This document shows, in pieces, positions 49,126-61,523 of a DNA stretch of 64,000 nucleotides. The DNA is taken from assembly GCF_963506605.1 (NCBI RefSeq), contig NC_083276.1, positions 82,398,001 to 82,462,000 of the forward strand, read 5' to 3'. The DNA comes from Zootoca vivipara (Eukaryota). The notes under the pieces were generated by a model, which worked only from the letters and a program-made list of their open reading frames with translations, was not told where the DNA came from and did no database searches. Position numbers and translations under genes: made by a program. Within the stretch, counting starts at the first letter, position 1, and the number at the start of each line of letters is the position of its first letter.

Positions 49126-49238
49126 CAGATATTACTCAGAAGGTTGAGGAGGGATCTTGCAAGGTTCACCCCAGCTGAAGCCAGCTCCAAAGTTGCATAG
49201 ACTCTCTGATGACTCTGCTTTGCTCTCCTCTCCTCTCC

Positions 49239-49286
49239 CAATTAACTCCCATTTCTGCAAAATATGGCATAGACTCTCCAGGGGGA
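49239..49286 (+). promoter_or_regulatory. Candidate homeodomain plus O/E sites upstream of OR 50796
   Basis: CAATTAA and CTCTCCAGGGGGAG; both retained in the paralog at ~54515-54562. Confidence 0.4.
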
Positions 49287-50273
49287 GTTGCATCTTCCCC
49301 TCCCAGTGGACTTGAGTCTCCAGGGTGAGAGCAGGTGAAGGAAAATAACTGGGCTGGTCTCAAGTGGAGGAAGAGGGGGTTTTTTTTAGTGTTCATGCAC
49401 ACCTGGCATGAGATGCAGGGCTGTAAATCAAGCAGAGCGCATTGAAGAACTGGGGTGGTAGGAGCCTAGGACTGCTGCCTTTGCCACCTACAGCATCTCC
49501 TGGATGCCCTGTGGAGTCTGCAGTGCTGAGAGACAGGACTGGGGGCTGGAGAGTCTGCAATGGAGGAGGTGTTTATTATTATTTTTATTTCAAGTGGAGA
49601 CCACAGGGGTCATTTCAAGAAGAAGTGCATGGGGTTTAAAAACTAAAATCAGAATTGAAGATATAGCTACTGTATATTGATTCACAAAGGGAGCTTCAAC
49701 TAGCCCAGTTGTATGTTTTGGCTCCCAACAGCTGTGCTTTTTAAACATAGTGCTTGGGTAATAAATTGTGTTGTTGTGTAATGTAGACATTTAGAAATGT
49801 CTGCTTTTGGTGTGAAAAGAGGTCCTTGCCATTGTTATTTTGGTGGACTACAATTCCCATCTTAAACACAGACTTTGAGGAATAAATGTGTGTGTTTCAG
49901 TTTAAAACAGAGGCTGGGTAGGAGTGCTTTAGTCGAAGTGCAGTGCTTGGGAAATTCTGTTTTGATATCCAGTGCAGTCTTCCAATTGTTAAAAACACTG
50001 ACAGAGAAAGTTCCATTATTTTCCCTTTCTATATATTTAGCAAAAATAGATGTCACTGGAGACAGACTTTTACAACCCGGAATATTCATTGTTCCAATTA
50101 CCATTAAACATTTCATTCATGGTTTCAGCCAACAGGAGACTGAATCACTGTGACATACTAACATGCAGACACTCTTTGTGTATTCAGGGAGTAAAGAATG
50201 TCAGGACTGCGACATTCAGGACTGTGACAGATGTGGTCCTCATGTGACTCTAAGTCCATAGGACATTCCCGAG

Positions 50274-50776
50274 GTAAGACTTCCTCACTAGACAATGCCT
50301 TCCATTAGCCTCCTCAAGTACTTTTGCCTGCCTGGAAGGTGATATTGAATTATCCCACTGAGCTTCAGGTTATGGGAGGTGATAGGAAGAATTGGTCCCA
50401 GATTTTTGAGTGGATTTCTGAGGTGCACTAGCGGTGGAGGTTAAATTAAATTTTGTTTACATTAAATGACTTAATTTGTACTTCTTGAACCAACATGCAA
50501 ACCAAGATTTAGCTATCCTTAGAAAAGGGGGACTTCCCTGATTTTTATGATGCCACGTTCAAAAAAGAACATTAGGTACAAATATGCATATATTAGTGAA
50601 AATAACATTCAAAACTGGATTACATTGGGGGGAAATCACTTCAAAAAATTTGACATATTAGTCAAAAGTGCATAGAAAAATGTGCTTATGATAAGAGATT
50701 TGCACTAAACTGCTAGGAAATGTTCATGAGGATTAAAAATATATACATGTTTCAGAATTTCATTTTCTTCCTACAG
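50274..50776 (+). other. Predicted 5'UTR intron of OR 50796 (paralog 55550-56042)
   Basis: GAG|GTAAGA donor and TTTTCTTCCTACAG acceptor, both conserved in the duplicate. Confidence 0.6.
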
Positions 50777-50795
50777 GGAAACTTTGGAGTAAATA

Positions 50796-51737
50796 ATGGA
50801 ATACACGAACCACAGCATTGTGACTGAATTCATCCTTCTGGGCTTCATGGATCATCCCGAGTTGTGGACCATTCTCTTCCTGGCATTTCTCTTGATCTAC
50901 ATTGTCACAGTCTCAGGAAATCTTGGCATCATCATCCTAGTCGCTCTTGATGCAAACCTTCATACCCCAATGTACTTTTTCCTCAGCAACCTGTCCTTGG
51001 TTGATGTTGTTTATTCCACCACTATCGCTCCTAGGTTGCTTATGACCTTTCTACAAAAGAATAGCACTATTCCATTCACAGAGTGTGCTATGCAGTTCTT
51101 CTTTTTCTGTATGTTTGGCACAGTTGAAACTTTCCTTCTTGCTGTTATGGCTTATGATCGCTTTGCTGCCATTTGTAACCCATTACTCTATTTTGTTGCT
51201 ATGTCAAAAAAGCTCTGTCTGGTGTTAGTAAAAGGTGCATATATTTGTGGATTTGTGAATTCAGCTGTTCAGACTTCATTGATATTTAGCCTGTCTTTCT
51301 GCAGCTCAAATGTTATCGGTCATTACTTTTGTGACATTCCTCCCATCCTGAAACTTTCCTGTTCAAGCACAGAAGTGGCTAACACTGTACACTTTATCTT
51401 ATGTACTGTGTTAGGTATGATCACTTTGTTGATTATCCTCATCTCTTATATCTACATCATATTTGCCATCCTACGGATTCGCTCTGCCCAGGGCAGACAC
51501 AAAGCCTTTTCCACCTGTGCCTCCCATCTCACGTCTGTCACAATCTTCTATGGGACCATCATCTTTATGTATATGAGGCCCAATTCCAGTGTCTCAAAGG
51601 ATGAAGATAAAATTGTTTCCGTGTTCTATACTCTTGTGATCCCCATGCTAAATCCATTGATCTACAGTCTGAGAAATAAAGATGTGAAAGATGCTTTCAT
51701 AAGGGTGAGAGGGAAGATTTCATTAAGATCTCATTAA
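50796..51737 (+). CDS. Olfactory receptor, MEYTN subfamily copy B (intact)
   Basis: 313 aa with all OR motifs. Confidence 0.97.
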   Translation: MEYTNHSIVTEFILLGFMDHPELWTILFLAFLLIYIVTVSGNLGIIILVALDANLHTPMYFFLSNLSLVDVVYSTTIAPRLLMTFLQKNSTIPFTECAMQFFFFCMFGTVETFLLAVMAYDRFAAICNPLLYFVAMSKKLCLVLVKGAYICGFVNSAVQTSLIFSLSFCSSNVIGHYFCDIPPILKLSCSSTEVANTVHFILCTVLGMITLLIILISYIYIIFAILRIRSAQGRHKAFSTCASHLTSVTIFYGTIIFMYMRPNSSVSKDEDKIVSVFYTLVIPMLNPLIYSLRNKDVKDAFIRVRGKISLRSH

Positions 51738-52022
51738 ATTAAGTCAGTTATTGTTCAAGATGAGTTTGAGTTTCCAATTGATAATAATCAAGAAAGTGTG
51801 TATTTGTTCCATTTTTGTGTTTGTGTGTAATTTCCCTGGTGGGTTGCTACCCCCCCCATTCCACCCTTAATAGTCAGTAGGTGGCATTAATAGTACATAC
51901 CATGGTTGGCTGGCATCTATGTGTTTTAGGAGACAATGGATGAGTTTGTCCTCAGGGGTGAAGTCAAACCGTTGGAGAGTTACATCAGGCGGTTGGACAT
52001 TGGGGAGGTCCAGATATTGGGT

Positions 52023-53129
52023 TGTTGTTGTTTAGTCGTTTAGTCGTGTCCGACTCTTCGTGACCCCATGGACCATAGCACGCCAGGCACTCCTGTCTTG
52101 CACTGCCTCCCGCAGTTTGGTCAAACTCATGTTCGTAGCTTCGAGAACACTGTCCAACCATCTTGTCCTCTGTCGTCCCCTTCTCCTAGTGCCCTCAATC
52201 TTTCCCAACATCAGGGTCTTTTCCAAGGATTCTTCTCTTCTCATGAGGTGGCCAAAGTATTGGAGCCTCAGCTTCACGATCTGTCCTTCCAGGGAGCACT
52301 CAGGGCTGATTTCCTGAAGAATGGATAGGTTTGATCTTCTAGCAGTCCATGGGACTCTCAAGAGTCTTCTCCAGCACCATAATTCAAAAGCATCAATTCT
52401 TCGACGATCAGCCTTCTTTATGGTCCAGCTCTCACTTCCATACATCACTACTGGGAAAACCATAGCTTTAACTATACGGACCTTTGTCGGCAAAGTGATG
52501 TCTCTGCTTTTTAAGATGCTGTCTAGGTTTGTCATTGCTTTTCTCCCAAGAAGCAGGCGTCTTTTAATTTCGTGACTGCTGTCACCATCTGCAGTGATCA
52601 AGGAGCCCAAGAAAGTAAAATCTCTCACTGCCTCCATTTCTTCCCCTTCTATTTGCCAGGAGGTGATGGGACCAGTGGCCATGATCTTGGTTTTTTTGAT
52701 GTTGAGCTTCAGACCATATTTTGCGCTCTCCTCTTTCACCCTCATTAAAAGGTTCTTTAATTCCTCCTCGCTTTCTGCCATCAAGGTTGTGTCATCTGCA
52801 TATCTGAGGTTGTTGATATTTCTTCCGGCAATCTTAATTCCGGCTTGGGATTCATCTAGTCCAGCCTTTCGCATGATGAATTCTGCATATAAGTTAAATA
52901 AGCAGGGAGACAATATACAACCTTGTCGTACTCCTTTCCCAATTTTGAACCAATCAGTTGTTCCATATCCAGTTCTAACTGTAGCTTCTTGTCCCACATA
53001 GAGATTTCTCAGGAGACAGATGAGGTGATCAGGCACTCCCATTTCTTTAAGAACTTGCCATAGTTTGCTGTGGTCGACACAGTCAAAGGCTTTTGCATAG
53101 TCAATGAAGCAGAAGTAGACGTTTTTCTG
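52023..53129 (-). mobile_element. BovB LINE, 1.1-kb 5'-truncated, open RT frame
   Basis: 336-aa ORF with GVRQGCILSP and LRYADD; TSD GATATTGGGT; absent at the paralogous site ~57285. Confidence 0.96.
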
Positions 53130-54204
53130 GATATTGGGTAGAGGGCAGCTTTGTAGCCTCTGCCTGCCCCTCCTTGGTTAAGGGTATTTTGTTAAAGGGA
53201 TTGGGGGGGTTGGCCTATAACTGACGCCCAGACGAGGTCTGGGCTCATATCACACCTATAACAGGGACCCCCCAGGGGGACCCCCTATCTGATGTAGGCC
53301 ATAGGCCCACTCCCCATGGTGGTCTACCATTAGATGCATTCCCAGCAGATGGGCTGGAGTGATTTAAACTGGCTTCACCCAATGTTTATGAAAAATAACT
53401 CACATCTGTAACTAATAAAAGTGGTGGCCTATTCATTCCACAAACTGTATATACTGTGCCCTGTCTATTTATTCACCCCTGGGGAGCTGTGGGTCCAGGG
53501 GTCTTGGCATGCAATTACAGCACCTGCTGCGGCTGTAGCGACTGATACAAGAGAGAGATGTTTTGTTGCATCTGGGGTGGATGAAGGCATCTAGTTTTGC
53601 TGCTCCAGATGCACCATGACATTTCTTCTCTCTGTGGTCCTCCCAGTGGTCTTTCCTCCTTTGGTCACGGCTGTAGATACATGATATGACTGTTTCCAGG
53701 CACTGTGGTTGTCTGCCAGGAATTCTCACATGGTGGGGTTAATGTTGCCAGCCTTCATGTCACGTTTGCATAATCTTTTTTAATGCAGAGCTGGTCATCC
53801 AATTGGCCTGCTTTACCTCTTGCTCAATGTTAACTTCTTTTATTTATTTAAAAAAAATATACTTCACATTTTAAATATAAATAAAGTCATCATGGTTTGC
53901 AGAGAATGGTAAAACTGTTAAAAGACAATGAAAACAGTTCAGACTACTAAAATGATGGTTAGCACTCAGGTTTAATAATCTGTTAAAACCAACAGAGGGA
54001 CCCATATAAAATTAGCATAAAAACCAGGGAAACTTGACTAAAACACAGTAGAATAAAATGGATTGGCTGCCAATCTGAAGTTTAAAAGGTGGGAATCTGG
54101 TGTTTCTTTCTGGAGAGGTTATGCTACAACCTGGGTGCCGCATTAGAAAAGGCCCTGTCTTGTATCACAACCAATCATTCTTCTGGATATGAGACACATA
54201 TTGA

Positions 54205-54247
54205 GTGGCTGGGGGAACCTGGCCAGATGGGCGGGGAATAAATAATA

Positions 54248-54296
<49 letters not shown>
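54205..54296 (+). mobile_element. Short LINE (L2-like) 3' end with (TAT)n tail (unit 2 only)
   Basis: GGCCAGATGGGCGGGG..ATAAAT plus (TAT)n, flanked by TATTGA; absent at 48485; related copy at ~60405-60472. Confidence 0.7.
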
Positions 54297-54299
<3 letters not shown>

Positions 54300-56061
54300 G
54301 AAAGCCTCTGAAGTAGAGCACAGTCAATGCACAGGATTGTGTTTCTTTGCCACAGACCAGCATAGAGCAATATTACAATCTCATCTTGTTACCATTCTGC
54401 TCAGAGATTAGAAAGAAAGTTGAGGAGGGAGTTTGCAAGCTTCATCCCAGCTGGAGTCAGCTCCAGAGTTGCATAGACTCTCTGATGAGTCTCTTTTGCT
54501 CTCCTCTCCTCTCCCAATTAACTCCCATTTCTGCAAAATATGGCATAGACTCTCCAGGGGGAGTTGCATCTTTCCCTCCCAGTTGACCTCAGTCTCCAGG
54601 GTTAGAGCAGATGAAGGAAAAGAACTGGGCTGGTCTCAAGAGGAGGATGAGGGTTTTTTTTAGTGTTCATACACACCTGGCATGAGATGCAGGGCTGTAA
54701 ATCAAGTAGAGCGCATTGGAGAAGTGGGGTGGTAGGAGCCTAGGACTGCTGCCTTTGCCACCTACAGCATCCCCTGGATGGCCTGGAGTGCTGAGAGACA
54801 GGACTGGAGGCTGGAGAGTCTGCAATGGAGGAGGTGTTTATTATTTATTTTTATTTCAAGTGGAGACCAAAGGGGTCATTTCAAGAAGAAGTGCATGGGG
54901 TTTTAAAAATAAAATCCGGATTGAATATATAGCTATTTTGATTCACAAAGGGAGCTTCAACTAGCCCAGTTGTATTTTTTTGCTCACAACAGCTGTGCTT
55001 TTTAAACACAGTGCTTGGGTAATAAATTGTGTTGTTGTGTAATGAAGAAATTTAGAAATGTCTGCTTTGGGTGTGAAAAGAGGTCCTTGCAATATTTAAT
55101 TTGGTGGACTACAATTCCGATCACATTCCATGTCTTAAACACAGACTTTGAGGAATATATGTTGTGTGTGTTTCAGTTTAAAACAGAGGCTGGTTAGGTG
55201 TGCTTTAGTTGAAGTGTAGTGCTTGGGAAATCCTGTTTTGATATCCAGTGCAGTCTTCGAATTGTTAAAAACACTGACAGAGAAAGTTCCATTATTTTCC
55301 CTTTCAATATATTTAGCAAAAATAGATGTCAATGGAGACAGACTATTCCAGCCAGGAGTATTCATTGTTCCAATTACCATTAAACATTTCATTCATGGTT
55401 TCAGTCTACAGGAGACTGAATCACTGTGACATGATAACATGCAGACACCCTTTGTGTATACAGGGAGTAAAGAATGTCAGGAATGCGACATTCAGGACTG
55501 TGACAGATGTGGTCCTCATGTGACTCTAAGTCCATAGGACATTCCTGAGGTAAGACTTCCTCACTAGACAATGCCTTTCATTAGCCTACCCTCCTCAAGT
55601 ACTTTTGCCTGCCTGTAAGGTCATATGGAATTCTCCCACTGAGCTTGAGGTCATGGGAGGCAATAGGAAGATTTGGTCCCTAATTTTTGAGGTCCACTAG
55701 CGGTGGAAGTTAAATAGAATTTTGTAGTGGAAATGACTTAATTTCTACTTCTTGAACCAATATGCAAACCAAGATTCAGCTATCCTTAGAAATGTGGACT
55801 TCCCTGAATTTTATGATGCCACGTTCTAAAAAGAACATTAGGTACAAATATGCATATATTAGTGAAAAGGACATTCAAAACTGTATTACATTGGGGGGAA
55901 ATCACTTCAAAAAAATTGACATATTAGTCAAAAGTGCATAGAAAAATGTGCTTATGATAAGAGATTTGCACTAAACTGCTAGGAAATGTTCATGAGGATT
56001 AAAAATATATACATGTTTCAGAATTTCATTTTCTTCCTACAGGGAAACTTTGGAGTAAATA

Positions 56062-57003
56062 ATGGAATACACGAACCACACCATTGTGACTGAATTCATC
56101 CTTCTGGGCTTCATGGATCATCCCGAGTTGTGGACCATTCTCTTCCTGGCATTTCTCTTGATCTACATTGTCACAGTCTCAGGAAATCTTGGCATCATCA
56201 TCCTAGCCGCTCTTGATGCAAACCTTCATACCCCAATGTACTTTTTCCTCAGCAACCTGTCCTTGGTTGACGTTGGCTATTCCACCACTATCGCTCCTAG
56301 GTTGCTGATGACCTTTCTACAAGAGAATAGCATTATTCCATTCACAGAGTGTGCTATGCAGTTCTTCTTTTTCTGTATGTTTGGCACAGTTGAAACTTGC
56401 CTTCTAGCTGTCATGGCTTACGATCGTTTCACTGCCATTTGCAACCCATTACTCTATTATGTTGCCATGTCTACAAAGTTCTGTCTGTTGTTAGTAAAAG
56501 GTGCATATATTTGTGGATTTGTGAATTCAGCTGTTCAGACTTCATTGATATTTAGCCTGTCTTTCTGCAGCTCAAATGTTATCGGTCATTACTTTTGTGA
56601 CATTCCTCCCATCCTGAAACTTTCCTGTTCAAGCACAGAAGTGGCTAACACTGTGCATTTCATCTTTGGTAGTGCAATAATCTTGATCACTTTGTTGATT
56701 ATCCTCATCTCCTATATCTACATCATTTTTGCCATTCTGCGGATTCGCTCTGCCCAGGGCAGACACAAAGCCTTTTCCACCTGTGCCTCCCATCTCACGT
56801 CTGTCACAATCTTCTATGGAACCATCATCTTTATGTATATGAGGCCCAATTCCAGTGTCTCAAAGGATGAAGATAAAATTGTTTCCGTGTTCTATACTCT
56901 TGTGATCCCCATGCTAAATCCATTGATTTACAGTCTGAGAAATAAAGATGTGAAAGATGCTTTCATAAGGGTGAGAGGGAAGATTTCATTAAGATCTCAT
57001 TAA
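56062..57003 (+). CDS. Olfactory receptor, MEYTN subfamily copy C (intact)
   Basis: 313 aa with all OR motifs. Confidence 0.97.
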   Translation: MEYTNHTIVTEFILLGFMDHPELWTILFLAFLLIYIVTVSGNLGIIILAALDANLHTPMYFFLSNLSLVDVGYSTTIAPRLLMTFLQENSIIPFTECAMQFFFFCMFGTVETCLLAVMAYDRFTAICNPLLYYVAMSTKFCLLLVKGAYICGFVNSAVQTSLIFSLSFCSSNVIGHYFCDIPPILKLSCSSTEVANTVHFIFGSAIILITLLIILISYIYIIFAILRIRSAQGRHKAFSTCASHLTSVTIFYGTIIFMYMRPNSSVSKDEDKIVSVFYTLVIPMLNPLIYSLRNKDVKDAFIRVRGKISLRSH

Positions 57004-57751
57004 ATTAAGTCAGTTACTGTTCAAGATGAGTTTGAGTTTCCAATAGATAATAACCAAGAAAGTGTGTATTTGTTCCATTTTTGTGTTTGTGTGTAATTTC
57101 CCTGGTGGGTTGCTCCCCCACCCCCATTCTACACTTAATAGTCAGTAGGTGGCATTAATAGTACATACCATGGTTGGCTGGCATCTATGTGTTTTAGGAG
57201 ACAATGGATGAGTTTGTCCTCAGGGGTGAAGTCAAACCGTTGGAGAGTTACATCAGGCGGTTGGACATTGGGGAAGCCCTGATTTTGGGTAGAGGGCAGC
57301 TTGTAGCCTCTGCCTGCCCCTCCTTGGTTAAGGGTATTTTGTTAAAGGGATTTGGGCGGGTTAGCCTATAACCGACGCCCAGACGAGGTCTAGGCTCATA
57401 TCACACCTCTAACAGGGACCCCCTATTTGATGTAGGCCATAGGCCCACTCCGCATGGTGGTCTACCATTAGATGCATACACAGCAGATGGGCTGGAGTGA
57501 TTTAAACTGGCTTAACCTAATGTTTATGAAAAACTACTCACATCTGTAACTAATAAAAGTGGTGGCCTATTCAATCCACAAACCGTATATACTGTGCCCT
57601 GTCTATTTATTCACCCCTAGGGGTGGGACCAGGGGTCTTGGCGTGCAATTACAGCACCTGCTGCGGCTGTAGCAACTGATACAAGAGAGAGATATTTTGT
57701 TGCATCTGGGGTGGATGAAGGCATCTAGTTTTGCTGCTCCATATTTCAAGC

Positions 57752-58130
57752 ACTTTCTTGTTCAAGCACAGAAGTGGCTAACACTGTGCATTTCATCTTT
57801 GCTACTGCAATAATCATGACCAGTTTGTTGATTATTGTCATCTCCTATACCTACATCATTGTTGCCATTCTGCGGATTCACTCTGCCCAGGGGAGACACA
57901 AAGCCTTTTCCACCTGTGCCTCCCATCTCACGTCTGTCACAATCTTCTATGGAACCATCATCTTTATGTATATGAGGCCCAATTCCAGTGTTGCAAAGGA
58001 TGAAGATAAAACTGTTTCCGTGTTCTATGCCCTTGTGATCCCGATGCTAAATCCATTGATTTACAGTTTGAGAAATAAAGATGTGAAGAATGCTTTCCTA
58101 AGGATGAGTGGAAACATCTCATTAAATTAA
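57752..58130 (+). pseudogene. 5'-deleted OR duplicate (end of ECL2 to stop), copy D
   Basis: Begins abruptly at ...[14 protein letters not shown]; TM5-TM7 in an open frame; TM1-TM4 missing. Confidence 0.92.
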
Positions 58131-58771
58131 GTCAGTTATTGTTCAAGATGAGTTTGAGTTTCCAATAGATAATAACCAAGAAAGTTTGTATTTGTTCTAT
58201 TTGTGTGTGTGTGTGTGTGTGTGTAATTGTCCTGATGGGTTGCTTTTTTTTTTTTTTTTTGCCCATTTCGCACTTAATAGTCAGTAGGTCACATTAATAG
58301 TACATAGCATGGTTTTCTGGCATCTGTGTGTCTTGGGAGACAATGGATGAGTTTGTCCTCACGGGTGGAGTCAAACCGTTGGAGAGTTACAGGGGGCGGT
58401 TGGACATTGGGGAAGTCCAGATATTGGGTAGACGGCAGCTCGTAGCCATAGGGAGTGGCCTATGACTGATGCCCAGCCAGGGACCAGAGTCATATCACAC
58501 CTTTAACAGGGACCCCCCAGGGGGACCCCCTATCTGATGTAGGCCATAGGCCCACTCCCCATGGTGGTCTTCCATTAGATGCATTCACAGCAGATGGGCT
58601 GGAGTGATTTAAACTGGCTTCACCCAATGTTTATGGTCTTTCCTCCTTTGGTCACTACTGTGGATACATAATCTGAGTGTCTCCAGGCATTAGTTGGAAT
58701 CTCCTTTCTTGTATCTTAAATCCATTGGTTTGGGTCCTAGCCCTAAGAGAAGGAGAAAACAACCTTGCTTC

Positions 58772-58795
58772 CAAGAAAGAAAATGTGTATTTGTT

Positions 58796-58838
<43 letters not shown>

Positions 58839-59724
58839 TGTCCTTGTGTAGTGGTGGTGAACCTTTTAGAGATCGAGTGCCCAAACTGCAGCCCAAAACC
58901 CACATATATAGTGCAAAGTGCCAAAATGGCACTTATGGGATAAACAAATGATTCTACCGTATTTTTGTGTGTATAACAAAAAATAGTCACACACAGGAAA
59001 GAAGCAGAAGCAACCGATAGTCTCAACGCTCGACGGAAGGGAGCAATCAACAAAAAACCTTGACTCAGCAACCAATCACCTGCATCTTTTTATTTTCCTA
59101 CACAAAGAGTTTCACACCCAAAGCAGTGGGAGGGAGGTAGCGCTGAGGCCGGAAACCAGCTGCTTGGTGGGAATGTTACTTTCCCCCAACACTGCTGTGG
59201 TCAGAAAGTGCTCTAGGGAGCATTTCCACCCCGCTATGGCAATGGCGGGGGGGGCAGCTGTACACTTTTGCAACAACCTAGAACGGCACTACTGGGGCGA
59301 TGACATGCGTGCCCACAAAGAGGGCTCCACGTGCCCACTCTGGCATGTGTGCCATAGGTTTGCCTCCATTGTCCAAGTGGGTTGCTTTTTTTGCCTATTC
59401 CTCTCTGAGTAGTCAGTAGGTGGCATGAGTATTCCACAGCATGGTTGGCTGTCATCTGTCGGCCCTGGGAAACAATGGATGAGTGTGCCTTCGCGAGTGA
59501 AGTCAAACTGCTGGAGATTTATAGCACCTGCTTTGGCTGTAGAGACTGATCCAGACGAGGCATGTTTTGTTGCATCTGAGGCAGATGAAGGCATCTGGTT
59601 TTGCTGCTAAAGATGCACCATGGCGTCCCTTCTTTCTGCACTCCATCCAGCGGTCCTTCCTCCTCTCGTCACTGCTGTGAATACACAACCTGACTGTCTC
59701 CAGGCACTATGGCCACCTGCAAGG
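58772..59724 (+). repeat. Duplicate of the 3' flank of OR copy A (45783-46804)
   Basis: Colinear from CCAAGAAA..AAAATGTGTATTTGTTTC to CACTATGGCCACCTGCAAGG. Confidence 0.9.
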
Positions 59725-60494
59725 CTGCTAATCTGAAGGCCCTGTCTTGCATCCCAACCAATCATTCTTCTAGATATGAGACACATATTGAAAGCCTCTG
59801 AGGTTGAGCACAATCAATGCACAGAATTGTTTTTCTTTGCCACTGAGAGCATGGATGACATTACAGTCTCATCATGTTACCATCCTGCTCAGATAACATC
59901 AGGTATTTTACAAAAAAATTCAAAAGAACCTGTCTTAGCATAGCTCCTTGTGTGACCAACTTCTTGCATCCTGTCATTGTGAGAATAGTCTGTTTATTCC
60001 TACTCTAAGCTTCCTCCTCTTCAATCATTTCCTTATTCCTAGAGGAGCTGTCCCCACTCATTCCTATTACTGCTAAGCTTACTCAGGAGTCTCTGACTAG
60101 ATAGTGCATGTTTTTGAATGGTTAAAAACTCCTGCACAAGCTGGACTACCAGTGATGTGTATCCTTTGGAGTGTATCACACACAGAACACCACTAGCAGA
60201 ATGATATGGCAGCTTGAGTGCCAAGCTAAAAATGCAAGCTGCATGTAATAGGTATTCAAAATCCTCTACTGAGACTGGGAAGAAGGGAGGGTGGGAAGAA
60301 TTTCAGCAAAGGAAATTCTCCAACCACATCAGTAAAAGATTAATATTTGTATCATCATTAAAAAAATTAATATGATGAATTATTGTATTTTAAAGTTTTG
60401 CTGGAAGCCGCCCAGAGTGGGTGGGGAAACCGAGCCAGATGGGCGGGGTATAAATAAATAAATAATAATAATAGTTGTTGTTGTTGTTGTTTCA

Positions 60495-60985
60495 ATCTGA
60501 CCTGAACAGACTGAACCAAAACTTACAAAATGAATTCCAATATAGAGAAATGTTAAGTTCTATACTTAGACAGGAAGAACCAGCTGCACGGATATAAGAT
60601 GGGTGGCACCTGGCTTACCAGTAGTACATGTTTAAAGGGTCATAATAGACAAGCTGAACATGAATTAATAGTAGGGTTGCCATACGTCTGGGAATCCCCA
60701 GACATGCCACTTTTGGGGGTTCTATGGGATCTCCAGAATGTGAGCAGATGAGGGCAACCAAGGTGATAAAAGGTCTGGAAACCAAGCCTTACGAGGAATG
60801 GTTAAGGGAGCTGGGTATGTTTAACCTGAAAAAGTTACACTGAGAGGTGATAGGATAGTCATCTTCAAATATCTAAATATCTAAAGAGCTGTCACGTGGA
60901 ATATGAAGCAAGGTGGTTTCTCCTTCTCTTGGGGCTAGGACCCAAACCAATGGATTTAAGTTACAAGCAAGGAGATTCCAACTAA
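60495..60985 (+). mobile_element. Degenerate CR1 fragments
   Basis: AGGGCAACCAAGGTGATAAAAGGTCTGGAAACC...GAGCTGGGTATGTTTA, as in CR1 ORF2. Confidence 0.75.
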
Positions 60986-61523
60986 GGCCTGGAGACAATC
61001 AGATGATGTATCCACAGTAGTGACCAAAGGAGGAAAGACCATAAACATTGGGTGAAGCCAGTTTAAATCACTCCAGCCCATCTGCTGTGAATGCATCTAA
61101 TGGAAGACCACCATGGGGAGTGGGCCTATGGCCTACATCAGATAGGGGGTCCCCCTGGGGGGTCCCTGTTAAAGGTGTGATATGACCCTGGTCCCTGGCT
61201 GGGCATCAGTCATAGGCCACTCCCTATGGCTACGAGCTGCCCTCTACCCAATATCTGGGCTTCTCCAATGTCCAACCACCTGATGTAACTCTCCAACAGT
61301 TAGACTTCACCCCTGAGGACAAACTCATCCAATGTCTCCCAAGACACACAGATGCCAGCAAACCATGCTATGTACTATTAATGCCACCTACTGACTATTA
61401 AGTGTGGAATTGGGGGGGGGGAGCAAGTCACCAGGAAAACTGCACACACACACACACACACAACAAATACACACTTTCTTGGTTATTATTTACTACTCAA
61501 ACTCATCTTGAACAATAACTGAC

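Larger units (their letters stand above)
48145..57741 (+). repeat. Tandem segmental duplication: unit 1 ~48145-53819, unit 2 ~53820-57741, each with one OR
   Basis: Colinear non-coding sequence, e.g. TGCTCAATGTTA at 48145/53821 and GCATCTAGTTTTGCTGCTCCA at ~53588/57721. Confidence 0.93.

Noticed and set aside
51985-53513. ~420-bp (net) LTR-like insert interrupting the RTE fragment in each duplicated unit
   Set aside because: TTACA flanks and an AATAAA are suggestive, but TG...CA termini are not clear; left unclassified
57774-58130. 118-aa ORF as a functional short receptor
   Set aside because: Starts at GTG mid-ECL2, lacks TM1-4 and any evident promoter or acceptor; treated as a pseudogene fragment
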